Virus record (IMG/VR): IMGVR_UViG_3300026488_000019
Coordinates: 1-64,000 of that record
Strand: one strand, 5' to 3'
DNA length: 64,000 nt
Source: a virus
Shown here: piece by piece, positions 29,949-38,746 of the stretch
How the letters are laid out: every line of letters starts with the position of its first letter
Numbering within the stretch: position 1 is the first letter of the stretch
The notes under the pieces: generated by a model
Databases searched by the model: none
What the model saw: the letters and a program-made list of their open reading frames with translations, nothing else
What the model was told of the DNA's origin: nothing
Translations under genes and position numbers: made by a program

Positions 29949-30438
29949 TTATAACTCCTACTATTCTGTATAGTAGATTAACAGACTCTATTTCGCTATT
30001 AGAGTTCCAAGCTCTCTTAAATGAAGATGATAAAAACCCAATTACAGACTTATTCCATATAAGCTGATTTTGTCTGCTGTACTTCTTAATGTGGAATAGC
30101 AGTGTAATAGAGAGCAAAGGTTTTCTTTTGTATCTTAATTCTTCTTGTAAGGTTAACCACTTTGCTAATCTTCCCTCATCGTCTAATAATAATGTAAAGG
30201 AAAGTTCTCCTAAAGTTACTCCAGTTGGGTAAGAAGCTGTAATTCCTGCTGTAGTAACAGAGGATTCAGTTGGGGAGTAAAGCTCTAGGTTTACATCTGT
30301 AATAGGTAGAAACTTGTCAAAAGGAGAAGGAGGAGGGGGAATTTCACTCCCCCTATAAGGCTCTACTGTTATATCCCACTTATAAGTAGTTGAAAAATCC
30401 CATTTTTTGTATAGTAGGTCTGATAACTTTATCATCAC
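29941..30438 (-). CDS. Tail tube-like protein (gp54-like paralog)
   Basis: Size, beta pattern and position after tube gene. Confidence 0.55.
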   Translation of the reverse strand: MMIKLSDLLYKKWDFSTTYKWDITVEPYRGSEIPPPPSPFDKFLPITDVNLELYSPTESSVTTAGITASYPTGVTLGELSFTLLLDDEGRLAKWLTLQEELRYKRKPLLSITLLFHIKKYSRQNQLIWNKSVIGFLSSSFKRAWNSNSEIESVNLLYRIVGVINE

Positions 30439-30440
30439 TC

Positions 30441-30959
30441 TTACTCATCATAGTAGTCTACATAAGTGATGGTGAGAGTAGGTTTAGCTATGTCTGAATC
30501 AGAACCTAAATCCCCTCCTACTGGATCATAATCAGAAAGGAAGCAACCTACTAAATGGTATCTCCAGATAACTTTATCTTGCCTATCCAACCTTTCTAGA
30601 ACTATTTCAGCTTCTACATCAGAAGTTTTCTTGTGGGTTTGAGTATTGTATTCAGCACAGGCTTCTCTCCAATCCCTAATCCACTTCTGAACTAGAGCAT
30701 CAACAGTATCTACTAAGGTAACTGTAATCTCTCCAGATGACTCATTAACTCCAGGTTGGAAAAGTCTGTGTCCTCTAATTCTATACTCAATCTTCTGGTT
30801 AGTTTTCTTAGGAACTCCACTAGTAAGAACTCTTAAGTTAATTTCGTTAGAAGAAGGGAAAGGGACTGCTGGAGGAGCTTTTACTACTATAAAGTTCCAT
30901 TGATAAAGAGTTGCTTTATCAGGTAAAGTTCTAAGTTCACTAAGGGTAGGCCTAACCAT
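30441..30959 (-). CDS. Tail tube protein (gp19-like)
   Basis: ITVTLVD...WIRDW...LDRQDK...Y.L.GCF...TLTITY; ATG 30959 with GGAGG SD. Confidence 0.85.
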   Translation of the reverse strand: MVRPTLSELRTLPDKATLYQWNFIVVKAPPAVPFPSSNEINLRVLTSGVPKKTNQKIEYRIRGHRLFQPGVNESSGEITVTLVDTVDALVQKWIRDWREACAEYNTQTHKKTSDVEAEIVLERLDRQDKVIWRYHLVGCFLSDYDPVGGDLGSDSDIAKPTLTITYVDYYDE

Positions 30960-30960
30960 A

Positions 30961-32541
30961 TTAACCTCCAATAGTTATTTCACCAAAGTTAACTCCAGTA
31001 GAGCTAAGCGTAAGAGGTACTTTAATGTATTCAACTACTCTCATAGGTTTAATGAAAATCCAAACTTCTAGTTCATTGTTATCTATTACTTGAGGAGTGT
31101 TATTCTCCTCATCACACTTTACATAGTAGTCGTAGATACCTCTTTTAGCTTTTACTTCCTCTAGGTAAGAAGAAAGGATAGTTCTAACACGATACCTAGT
31201 TTCTTCATCGTTAAACTCAAAGAAGAAGGATTCAAGCATACGCTTAATAGCAGGTTTGAGAGCTACAAGGAGAAGTCTAACATTTAGCCTATCTAAGGCT
31301 GAAGGAATTCTTTGGAGTGTCTTTTGACCAAAGATAGCTATTCCCATTCCTGGTTTAAACTTGATGAAGTTAACATTATTATCATAGAGGTAATCTTGTT
31401 CTGCTTTAGTAAACCTCTTATAAACATCTAAAACATTGAGTTTACCCCTATTCCAACCAGCAGGAGCATACCAAATCTCTTGGTTAGTAGCAGTTTGGGA
31501 GATAACAGCTCCTACAAAACCAGTAGGGTCTACATATATTTCCCTGTTGTTAAACCTATCTAAAACTTTGACATGGGAAACATATACAGCTCCATAGGAA
31601 GAAGGGTTGTTAAGTTCTTTAGTTACATAATCAACTATATCATTTACTGAATTTTGCTTATCAATAGGAACTGATAGAATAGCTACACAGTCCTCTCTTT
31701 CTTCAGCAATGGAGATAAGTTCTCTTTGATAAGCTGGAGTTGACCAACCTCCATCCATTAAAACTGTAACAGGGTAGGAATCAGCATCTTTAAACTCTTG
31801 GAGAGCTTGAACCATTTGAGCATCAGTTACAGGATTTCCATCATCTCCACCTGAAAGGGAAACTGGAGTAGTTATATCTTCAGGGTTAATTGAGCTATCT
31901 ACAGCTATATTATCTACAATCTGGATATACCTAGACTTTCCATTTACTGATTCTACATAGATGTTATTACCATAACCATCTTTAGCTTCAGGATTTCTAG
32001 AAAGAACCCAAGACTCTACAGGTTTTCCATCTAGGAGAACCTCTAAGAGGAAAGCATTAGGAAGTTTTACTAGGTCTGGATTAGTAGAGTAGTTAGTAAT
32101 CTTAATGCTTAACCTGTTGTTCCAAGCTCCTCTATTAGAACCTAATACTGCAAATACATGATCGTTTCCAAATGATACATCAGTAGGAGAAGAGACTCCA
32201 GAAGTTAGTCCTTTAGTAGAATCTACTGAACCGTCTCCATCAATATCTTGACCTGAAGATACTAATACCCCTCCATAAAGAGCTCCATTAGTTACTCTCT
32301 TTACCCAGAGCTTATTTGATTTCTCTAGAAAAGCTAAAGCTGAAAAGTGAGTAAGAGTTTCTCCTATGTGAACCTTACCATCTAGAGTAAACTTGTTTAG
32401 GTAATCTGTTTGAGAAGATACTAGAGTAGGTTCCTCTGAACCAAACTTAGAAGGAACTAACATTAAACCATATACTCCAGGAAATCCTGGAACCGTTTGG
32501 GAAAGGTCTTTTTCTGTTATCACAATGGTAGGAGCAGACAT
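30961..32541 (-). CDS. Tail sheath protein (gp18-like)
   Basis: EKDLS N-terminus, WYAPAG.NRG, GQKTL...SALDRLNVRLL, FEFND, CDEENNT. Confidence 0.96.
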   Translation of the reverse strand: MSAPTIVITEKDLSQTVPGFPGVYGLMLVPSKFGSEEPTLVSSQTDYLNKFTLDGKVHIGETLTHFSALAFLEKSNKLWVKRVTNGALYGGVLVSSGQDIDGDGSVDSTKGLTSGVSSPTDVSFGNDHVFAVLGSNRGAWNNRLSIKITNYSTNPDLVKLPNAFLLEVLLDGKPVESWVLSRNPEAKDGYGNNIYVESVNGKSRYIQIVDNIAVDSSINPEDITTPVSLSGGDDGNPVTDAQMVQALQEFKDADSYPVTVLMDGGWSTPAYQRELISIAEEREDCVAILSVPIDKQNSVNDIVDYVTKELNNPSSYGAVYVSHVKVLDRFNNREIYVDPTGFVGAVISQTATNQEIWYAPAGWNRGKLNVLDVYKRFTKAEQDYLYDNNVNFIKFKPGMGIAIFGQKTLQRIPSALDRLNVRLLLVALKPAIKRMLESFFFEFNDEETRYRVRTILSSYLEEVKAKRGIYDYYVKCDEENNTPQVIDNNELEVWIFIKPMRVVEYIKVPLTLSSTGVNFGEITIGG

Positions 32542-32543
32542 TA

Positions 32544-32762
32544 CTACTTAACCTCCATAATAGAGTGGTTTCCAAAAGTTTGAATTTGAGAGTTAGAGTT
32601 AACTTCTATTATTCCTTTAGGAGGAAGGATTAGAACTTGTCCATCTACTCTAATACGAATATCAAAAGGATTAGGGTTTAGCAGTTTTTTAGTTGTTTTA
32701 GTAGGAATTGTAGGCTTTTCTTTAATGGAAAGTTCTTTAGGTTCTTTTCGTTTTTTAGCCAT
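32544..32762 (-). CDS. Small hypothetical protein
   Basis: ORF with SD just upstream of sheath. Confidence 0.55.
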   Translation of the reverse strand: MAKKRKEPKELSIKEKPTIPTKTTKKLLNPNPFDIRIRVDGQVLILPPKGIIEVNSNSQIQTFGNHSIMEVK

Positions 32763-32777
32763 ATTTCTAACCTCACT

Positions 32778-33467
32778 TTAAGGAGTTAAAGTTTCTTTAT
32801 CCAAAGTTGATGAATCATCCCAGTCATAGATAATATCTCTAATTGTCTTGATAATACCTATCTTCTCCTTGTTTAAGGAGAGAATTGGAACTTCAAAAGT
32901 TATTTCAAAAGTACCTGAGAAAAGTTTCTTATCTGGGTACTCTTTTACTATCTCTAGGAAAGGTTCACACTTGATACCAATCTTAGTATCAAAAGTTATT
33001 TCATCAGTTAAAGGAACTGATATATCTAAAGAACCGTGTCCAACCCAATCTAAAAAGAACATTTCCTCAAATTCATACTGATACCTAAACACATTAGTGA
33101 GAGGTTTAAGTCTTAAAGTTATCTCAGCTAAACGATACCTTCCTTTGTAATTGTAAGGTATTAATCCTGCTTCAACTAAACTTTTTAAATACTCTCTAGA
33201 ATAAGCTTGAATGTCAAACCTTCTGTAGTTTTGAATTTGAAAGGAGCTTCTGTTATATAAGAGGAGGAAGAACTTAGATTGCTTACTTAAACCTACCCTC
33301 TTTAATCCATCTGGAACAGTTTGTAAATCAGGAGAGAAGTAAAAGCTTTTTTGGAAAGTAAAGTGGGGGGTTGAATAGGGAGTTTTCACTAAAGGGAAAT
33401 CAAAAGTATCTTCTAGGTAGTCTTGGAGGGATTTAAGAACTCCAAAGATATAGAAATCGGATAGCAT
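32778..33467 (-). CDS. Putative tail terminator / sheath stabiliser (gp15-like)
   Basis: Synteny and size only. Confidence 0.5.
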   Translation of the reverse strand: MLSDFYIFGVLKSLQDYLEDTFDFPLVKTPYSTPHFTFQKSFYFSPDLQTVPDGLKRVGLSKQSKFFLLLYNRSSFQIQNYRRFDIQAYSREYLKSLVEAGLIPYNYKGRYRLAEITLRLKPLTNVFRYQYEFEEMFFLDWVGHGSLDISVPLTDEITFDTKIGIKCEPFLEIVKEYPDKKLFSGTFEITFEVPILSLNKEKIGIIKTIRDIIYDWDDSSTLDKETLTP

Positions 33468-33469
33468 TA

Positions 33470-33892
33470 TTACCTCATACTAGTAAGGTAAATTTCATAG
33501 TAAGCTCCAGCTCTAGTAGGATCTTCTTTTATATGAGAGACTTGGAAAGCTAAAGTTTTGTTATTAATAGTAATTTCAACCTTAGAATTAAGAGGGGGAG
33601 GTTCTTTCTTACCTGAAAGAAACCAAACTACCTCATCTTGAGAGAAAGCTTCCTCTAAAGATGAATCAGTAGGAGATAAGAAAGCTGAATTGTATATGCT
33701 AGCTAAAAGTATATTTGCTTCTAGATCTGGAGTGTTGTTATAAGTAATCTCAGCATCTTGATCTAGCAAAGAACCATATTGAACTGGATAATAAATCTTA
33801 GCTGGAAAACCTAAGATGTTTTCCAGAACTGAAAGTTGAGTAGAGGTTGTTTTAGCTATTACTCTAGTTATCTGTTCTAATACAGTTGCCAT
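33470..33892 (-). CDS. Putative head closure/neck protein (gp14-like)
   Basis: Synteny; G.PAKIYYP beta pattern. Confidence 0.5.
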   Translation of the reverse strand: MATVLEQITRVIAKTTSTQLSVLENILGFPAKIYYPVQYGSLLDQDAEITYNNTPDLEANILLASIYNSAFLSPTDSSLEEAFSQDEVVWFLSGKKEPPPLNSKVEITINNKTLAFQVSHIKEDPTRAGAYYEIYLTSMR

Positions 33893-33910
33893 TGTATATC
33901 CTTAATGGAG

Positions 33911-34093
33911 TTAGGATTCTTTGTCTAGTGAAATAAGCTTTAAAGCTCTACTGTAAAGTAGAGTAGAAAGGGTCTTATCTTCATCATAAAGAAGTAAAGC
34001 AGTATTAAGCAATTGGATAGCTTCTATAATGTAGAGTGTAGGTTCTTTACTGCTTAACCTGATTATTAACCTTACTATGGCTTGCTTGTCCAT
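33911..34093 (-). CDS. Small hypothetical protein
   Basis: 60-aa ORF, co-oriented. Confidence 0.45.
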   Translation of the reverse strand: MDKQAIVRLIIRLSSKEPTLYIIEAIQLLNTALLLYDEDKTLSTLLYSRALKLISLDKES

Positions 34094-34104
34094 TTGAACT
34101 CTCT

Positions 34105-34217
34105 AGTATTACGATTAGTTGGATTAGTATTACTTAATAATACTAAATTTTATTGACCCTAGGAAATTTTGAATAGCAGTAATACTAAGTAAGATGAATT
34201 AGTTAAAAAGTATTACT
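34105..34217. repeat. Symmetric six-box site, copy 1
   Basis: AGTA(A/T)TACT-like boxes at 34105, 34126, 34136, 34178, 34188 (degenerate), 34209 around CCTAGG; core 34126-34191 matches 63508-63573 at 63/66. Confidence 0.85.
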
Positions 34218-34971
34218 AACCTAGTACAGCCTCTATATAACCTGCATCCTTAACCCAATCTACTAACTGCTGGTCTGTTATCCCGTTCTTACCTTTAATC
34301 CTCTTATCTCTTGCAAACTGAAGGAAAGAAGTTTCATCAGAAAAACTCTCTACACTACCACTAGGATAAACTACATCAAAAGTATCTCCATCATAAGTAA
34401 TTATCACTTTAGTAGCCTCTTCCTCAGTTTTCTTAAATATCTTTCTTAAGAGCTGAAGTACTTTAGTCCTCTTCTTACAGATTGGATCTCCTTTCCTATC
34501 TCCTGAACAACCATACCTGTTGTAGAAAAAGTTTACCCTAGCAACAGCTTGCTTATAATCCTTAGAAGCCTTAGCTACTGTTTTAGCTATTGTTTCAGGG
34601 TCTTTAGTAAACAAACCTTCAGGAGGATGCCACTTAGGTTTAACTTTGTTTACCCAGTTAGCTTCATCTATCTCTAGGAGTAAGTTGTTAAGTCTTTCTA
34701 TTAACCTCATCTCATTAACTCCACAAACCTTTTTAAGCTTTTGTATTAGTGAAAGCGTTTTAGAGCTGAATTTTCTTTCCTTAGCTAGTTTTATTACTCT
34801 GCAAACAAAGATTCTCTGGTAGTTAGATTTACAACCAAACTTAAGTATTTCCTCCAACCTTCTCTGAAGAGAGTCCTCTGGAAGTAAGTGGAGATGGTTG
34901 ATTAGGAAAAGGAAGGAGGCTTGGTCTATGAAGAACTTAGGGAGTTGCTCTTTAACCTTCCTCTCCTCCAC
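34216..34971 (-). CDS. Hypothetical head-region protein with DUF3175-like domain
   Basis: W...V.....PEGLFTKDPETIA...VNFFYNR; GTG 34971 with AAGGAG SD; internal ATG 34710 with GGAG SD. Confidence 0.6.
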   Translation of the reverse strand: MEERKVKEQLPKFFIDQASFLFLINHLHLLPEDSLQRRLEEILKFGCKSNYQRIFVCRVIKLAKERKFSSKTLSLIQKLKKVCGVNEMRLIERLNNLLLEIDEANWVNKVKPKWHPPEGLFTKDPETIAKTVAKASKDYKQAVARVNFFYNRYGCSGDRKGDPICKKRTKVLQLLRKIFKKTEEEATKVIITYDGDTFDVVYPSGSVESFSDETSFLQFARDKRIKGKNGITDQQLVDWVKDAGYIEAVLG

Positions 34972-35290
34972 TTTGAAGCTCCTTAGCCTTATTCTCAATA
35001 AACTCTACCATAGCTTTAAGTCCACCTTCATCTACCTCATAGGAATCAAAGACAATGTTACCATTTTCATCTAGCTTAGTATTTACTTGGATGATTTCCT
35101 TACCTGCTACATTAATAGCTACCATGTAAGTACCCTGCTCTTCATCAATAGGGTCAAAGTCAAAGTAAGAGGACTCCCTAAGGATAATTCCCATTTTATC
35201 GTAAAGGTCAGATGTAAGAGCTTCCTTAACCTTTTTCTTCTTAGATTTACACCTCTCTACTAAAGCTAAAAGTCTTTTAGCGTTAGCCAT
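34952..35290 (-). CDS. Hypothetical, possible internal head protein
   Basis: GGAGG SD; N-terminal leader ending LVE. Confidence 0.6.
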   Translation of the reverse strand: MANAKRLLALVERCKSKKKKVKEALTSDLYDKMGIILRESSYFDFDPIDEEQGTYMVAINVAGKEIIQVNTKLDENGNIVFDSYEVDEGGLKAMVEFIENKAKELQSGGEEG

Positions 35291-35303
35291 AACTTAACCT
35301 CCT

Positions 35304-35495
35304 CTACATAACTGAATCTTTCCAATCTATTGCTAGTGTAGGGCAATTTTGGATACATAACCCACAATTTAAACAAGAGGATTCACTTGAACTAGAAAAG
35401 TGAGGGTAATCGTTAAGAATTTGAAAACAACCCATAGGACATTCATCTACACAGATATAGCATTGGATACACAACTCGTAATCTATTTTCACCAT
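35304..35495 (-). CDS. 2x[4Fe-4S] ferredoxin
   Basis: CIQCYICVDECP and CLNCGLCIQNCP, both canonical CxxCxxCxxxCP. Confidence 0.9.
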   Translation of the reverse strand: MVKIDYELCIQCYICVDECPMGCFQILNDYPHFSSSSESSCLNCGLCIQNCPTLAIDWKDSVM

Positions 35496-35497
35496 TC

Positions 35498-35938
35498 CTA
35501 TCCCTCTACCTCAACTTCTATTTCACACTCTCCATCTTCCATAGCACAAAGAACTGCATCTTCAGCAGTAGGATTGGACTTAAGTTGAAGGAGTTTAGCT
35601 ATTGCATCTACTTTATTAAGAGCTGAAAAGATAGGATTACCTTGCTCATCTATTAAATCAAAAGTAGGAGCATCTGAACCATTAAAGATAAGTTTAGCTT
35701 TTATAACTTTAGTTTCATTTTTCTTAGACTCTTCAGGCTCTTCATCAGGTTGTTCTGGTTCTTGATTATCTACTTTCCTAGTCATAGGAGTACCACACTT
35801 AGGACAATCATAGTTAGAACAAGGTACTCCCATAGGAGCTTCCATCTCATAACCACAGTTAGGACATACACAGGTTTTAGTAGGAATTTCTATATCTAAG
35901 TCCTCTAGCAAGGAAATTATTTCATGTATCTTTGCCAT
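35498..35938 (-). CDS. Cys-rich zinc-ribbon protein
   Basis: CVCPNCG...GVPC....CPKCG; AAAGGAGG SD. Confidence 0.7.
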   Translation of the reverse strand: MAKIHEIISLLEDLDIEIPTKTCVCPNCGYEMEAPMGVPCSNYDCPKCGTPMTRKVDNQEPEQPDEEPEESKKNETKVIKAKLIFNGSDAPTFDLIDEQGNPIFSALNKVDAIAKLLQLKSNPTAEDAVLCAMEDGECEIEVEVEG

Positions 35939-35965
35939 AACCTAACCTCCTTTATTACTGAAAAT

Positions 35966-35989
35966 GGGAGAGGGTTAGTACCCTCTCCC
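35966..35989 (-). terminator. Terminator-like hairpin after the capsid gene
   Basis: GGGAGAGGGT-N4-ACCCTCTCCC followed by ATTTT on the minus strand. Confidence 0.7.
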
Positions 35990-35997
35990 TATATCAA

Positions 35998-36426
35998 TTA
36001 AGCATTCTTAACTTCAAGCTTACCTACAAACTGAGGAACAATTACCTCTACTCCAGCCCATACAGCAACAGCCCTCTGGTTTGTTAGTGGGTTAGGGGAA
36101 AGTGGAATGAGGTCTGTAGTGGTGAGAGGCATATAAGGAGCATAAACTGCAGCACCTTCAAATGGATTATCAGGATTATAAATTCCTAATGCTACATTAG
36201 CAGGTAGTGCATTAGCATCATTAACCCTAATAACAGTTACTCCATCAAGAGTACCAAATACATGAGCACCCATTGCCTTACCATCAGCTATCTTCTCAAA
36301 TCCAGGGAGAGTTGAAAGGATGGATGCTACCTTAGCACCTGCTATGATAACATTAATAACTCCTCTACCTGCATTCTGAACAATAGAACCTTCAAGGTCT
36401 GCAAGTGCGTCCTTAACTGTTTGCTT
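35998..36426 (-). CDS. Major capsid protein, exon 2
   Basis: GAAVYAPYMPL gp23-family motif; joins exon 1 as VSYFEH|KQTV (~460 aa spliced). Confidence 0.9.
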   Translation of the reverse strand, partial: KQTVKDALADLEGSIVQNAGRGVINVIIAGAKVASILSTLPGFEKIADGKAMGAHVFGTLDGVTVIRVNDANALPANVALGIYNPDNPFEGAAVYAPYMPLTTTDLIPLSPNPLTNQRAVAVWAGVEVIVPQFVGKLEVKNA

Positions 36427-37721
36427 CATCACCTTCAGCAGGGATCGCTACTCCCCACCCGTCTTACCAGGAGGTTCTATGTAATCTTTATACTTTCTAA
36501 GATAAGTTTTCCAAGTAGGATAAGAATTGGGATAATATTCTTTCCTCACTCTTTCATAATTTTCTTCAGTACAGGGAAGAGAAAGTTCATTAAGCTTATC
36601 CAGAATCTTAACTATCATTCTAATGGTTCTTTGTCTCAGACCTTCTTCAGTATGAACTTTCATTCCTTTAGTAATTCTTATTAAACCTTTAGCTAACTTC
36701 TCCTTTCTAGTTTTAACTCTCTTCTCAATTGCCTCTTTAGGCATCTTCCTACCTTTAAGCTTCTCACTAATCTTCCTCTTGGTCTCCTCGCTATGTCTCC
36801 TTCCTCTGGACTTTTCACCTATTTTTCTCCTAGTTTCCTCGCTCCACTTTCTACCCCAATTAGGATGCTCAGGCCCTCTTGGGTAATACCTACTTCCTAT
36901 CTTCTTTCTAGTTTCTTCATCAAATTTTCTTCCAAATCTCTTCTTCCTTATTTCAGAGGGTAACCCTTCTCCTGAAACTCCATCACCACCAGGAGTAAGG
37001 TTATGTAGAGGGCCTTGCCCTAACTCATACCTTCCTATGGTAGCTATTAGTTCTTTTTCTTTCTCTAACGCTTCCTCTTCTGTTAAACCTGAAAATACTT
37101 CCAAAATAATAGGTTCAAGTCCAGCATTCCAAATAGCTTTAATTTGGTTATTTTTAGGGTGCTTAATACCCTTCCTCGCTTCATCCAAATGAGCAAACTT
37201 TCTCTTCCCTGTACCCTTACCTACATAGAAAGGTTCATAATCAAACTCATACTTACCATACTTGAACTTTCCAGGATAACGAGGGTCTAGGTAAACATAT
37301 ACATAGAACCTTCTGGCAGACCGCCCAGAGGTTTCCCTCTGGGATGGGACTATATCACCACTCTGGGGCATTTTATTAACCTCCTAAAGCAGGATATATG
37401 ATTATTATAACCTATAACCCCAGAGTGCCCCCCATTTCGTCCTCGCTTGAGGACTACTCCAGGGCAGGAATCCAAAATAGGATTCCTGTTTATCCCCTTG
37501 GATAGTCTCTGAACCTTCCCCATAGGTATCATAAGATACCTTTAGGGGCTTGGCTGCGGGTTGCCCATTTCAGGAGTTTTACTCCCTCATCCCTTAGCTT
37601 TTTACCATACCCACAGGCTTGCGACCTGTGGCCCTCACTAAGGTTTCCCTTAGTGAGTTGGTACTAAGGGCTTTAGGGCTTTCCCGCAATTAGGGGGGTT
37701 TAACGAGCACTAGCAAAACTA
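36427..37721 (-). ncRNA. Group I intron (IA-like, 1295 nt) in the major capsid gene
   Basis: P1 GAGCAU|UAG with CUAGUGCUC gives U.G at the splice site; P AAUUGCGGGAA, Q GGCAACCCGCAGCCAAG, R GUUCAGAGACUA, S GAUAUAGUCC; terminal G; UUUGCU can form P10 with exon 2 AGCAAA. Confidence 0.92.
36448..37371 (-). CDS. Intron-encoded GIY-YIG-type homing endonuclease with NUMOD3 repeats
   Basis: FYVYVYLDPR...PFYVGKG..R...H...E..LI...NLTPGGDG; repeated SEETRRKI/SEETKRKIS. Confidence 0.88.
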   Translation of the reverse strand: MPQSGDIVPSQRETSGRSARRFYVYVYLDPRYPGKFKYGKYEFDYEPFYVGKGTGKRKFAHLDEARKGIKHPKNNQIKAIWNAGLEPIILEVFSGLTEEEALEKEKELIATIGRYELGQGPLHNLTPGGDGVSGEGLPSEIRKKRFGRKFDEETRKKIGSRYYPRGPEHPNWGRKWSEETRRKIGEKSRGRRHSEETKRKISEKLKGRKMPKEAIEKRVKTRKEKLAKGLIRITKGMKVHTEEGLRQRTIRMIVKILDKLNELSLPCTEENYERVRKEYYPNSYPTWKTYLRKYKDYIEPPGKTGGE

Positions 37722-38675
37722 ATGCTCAAAATAGCTTACTCCATCTGGAGGAGTTTTGTCCCAATTAATAGTTCCACCAGCAGGATTAGCATTCATCTTC
37801 CTGATAAGGTCACCACCAATCTCATTGTTAATAGCTACAACCAGGTCTTTAGCTAGTTCATCTTCAGCTACAATTCCAAACCTTTGCCTGAGAGCATAAG
37901 ATTGGAGAAGTCCTACTACTCCTTTAAGAGCATAAATCCTAGCTGTAACAGGTACAGATTCAAATACAGAACCAATGCTAGGTAGGTCTGCTTGAGCTTC
38001 TACATCAAGCTGATATCCAACTACAATAGGAGTTCCATTAGCAGGAGCATCAGCAAAGTGGAGTTCTACTGTACCAGTTTTGTAGTCAATAGAACCCCAA
38101 ACTCCTACTCCAAGGATTACTCCATTACCATCATCCTTACCGTAAACCTTTCCAGCTTTAACTTGGAAAGTTTCAGGTCTTACAGGAACAGGTTCAATTG
38201 TTACTGTGAAGTCTTTAGTAGTACCGTCTCCAGTAGCTACTTCTTTATCTGAAACTACATTAGAAGCAAGTCCACTAGGAAGAACTGCTCCAGTTCTAGG
38301 GTCAATAATAGTATCTCCTGTGTCTTGCCTCTTGATTACTTTGAAGTAAACATTTCCACGCTCTTCTTCAATGTTCTGTACACTAGCTATGAAAGGAATA
38401 ACAGAGTTACCATAAGCTACTGTGATAACATCAAAAGCTACTTTGGGAAGAGCTCCTAGTGAGCTAAGTCCATCTTCCTTAACAGTAGCTTCTAGCATTT
38501 CCCACTTTTCAAGCTCTTTCCCAAGCTGAACTACATCCCAAGCTTGTACTCCTTTAAGCTTACCAAGAATAGTATGATCTTCAAGAGTTTCTACCTGCTC
38601 ACGATATCTTTTAAAGTAGTTCTCTGCCTGTGCTTCTACTTCCCTAAGCTTCTTTTCAATAATGAGTTCGCTCAT
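37722..38675 (-). CDS. Major capsid protein (T4 gp23-like), exon 1
   Basis: IASVQ.I....G.VYF, VTAR...LK, EI..DLI; strong AAAGGAGG SD; follows protease/scaffold. Confidence 0.9.
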
Positions 38676-38718
38676 ATTAATCCTCCTTTGTGTAATTTAA
38701 TTTGAGTTGAAGTGAGTT

Positions 38719-38746
38719 TAACTAACCTGATAGTGCAGGTTAGTTA
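38719..38746 (-). promoter_or_regulatory. 11-bp hairpin in the capsid gene leader (mRNA processing/stability?)
   Basis: TAACTAACCTG-N6-CAGGTTAGTTA. Confidence 0.5.

Noticed and set aside
35956-35971. Fifth iteron copy (CCCATTTTCAGTA on minus strand)
   Set aside because: Partial match that coincides with the terminator stem and U tract after the capsid gene; probably chance
37350-37532. 60-aa ORF in the track
   Set aside because: Lies within the intron P6-P8 core; no SD; explained by RNA structure
37719-37721. TAG readthrough or pseudogene in the capsid gene
   Set aside because: The TAG is the first three nucleotides of the group I intron
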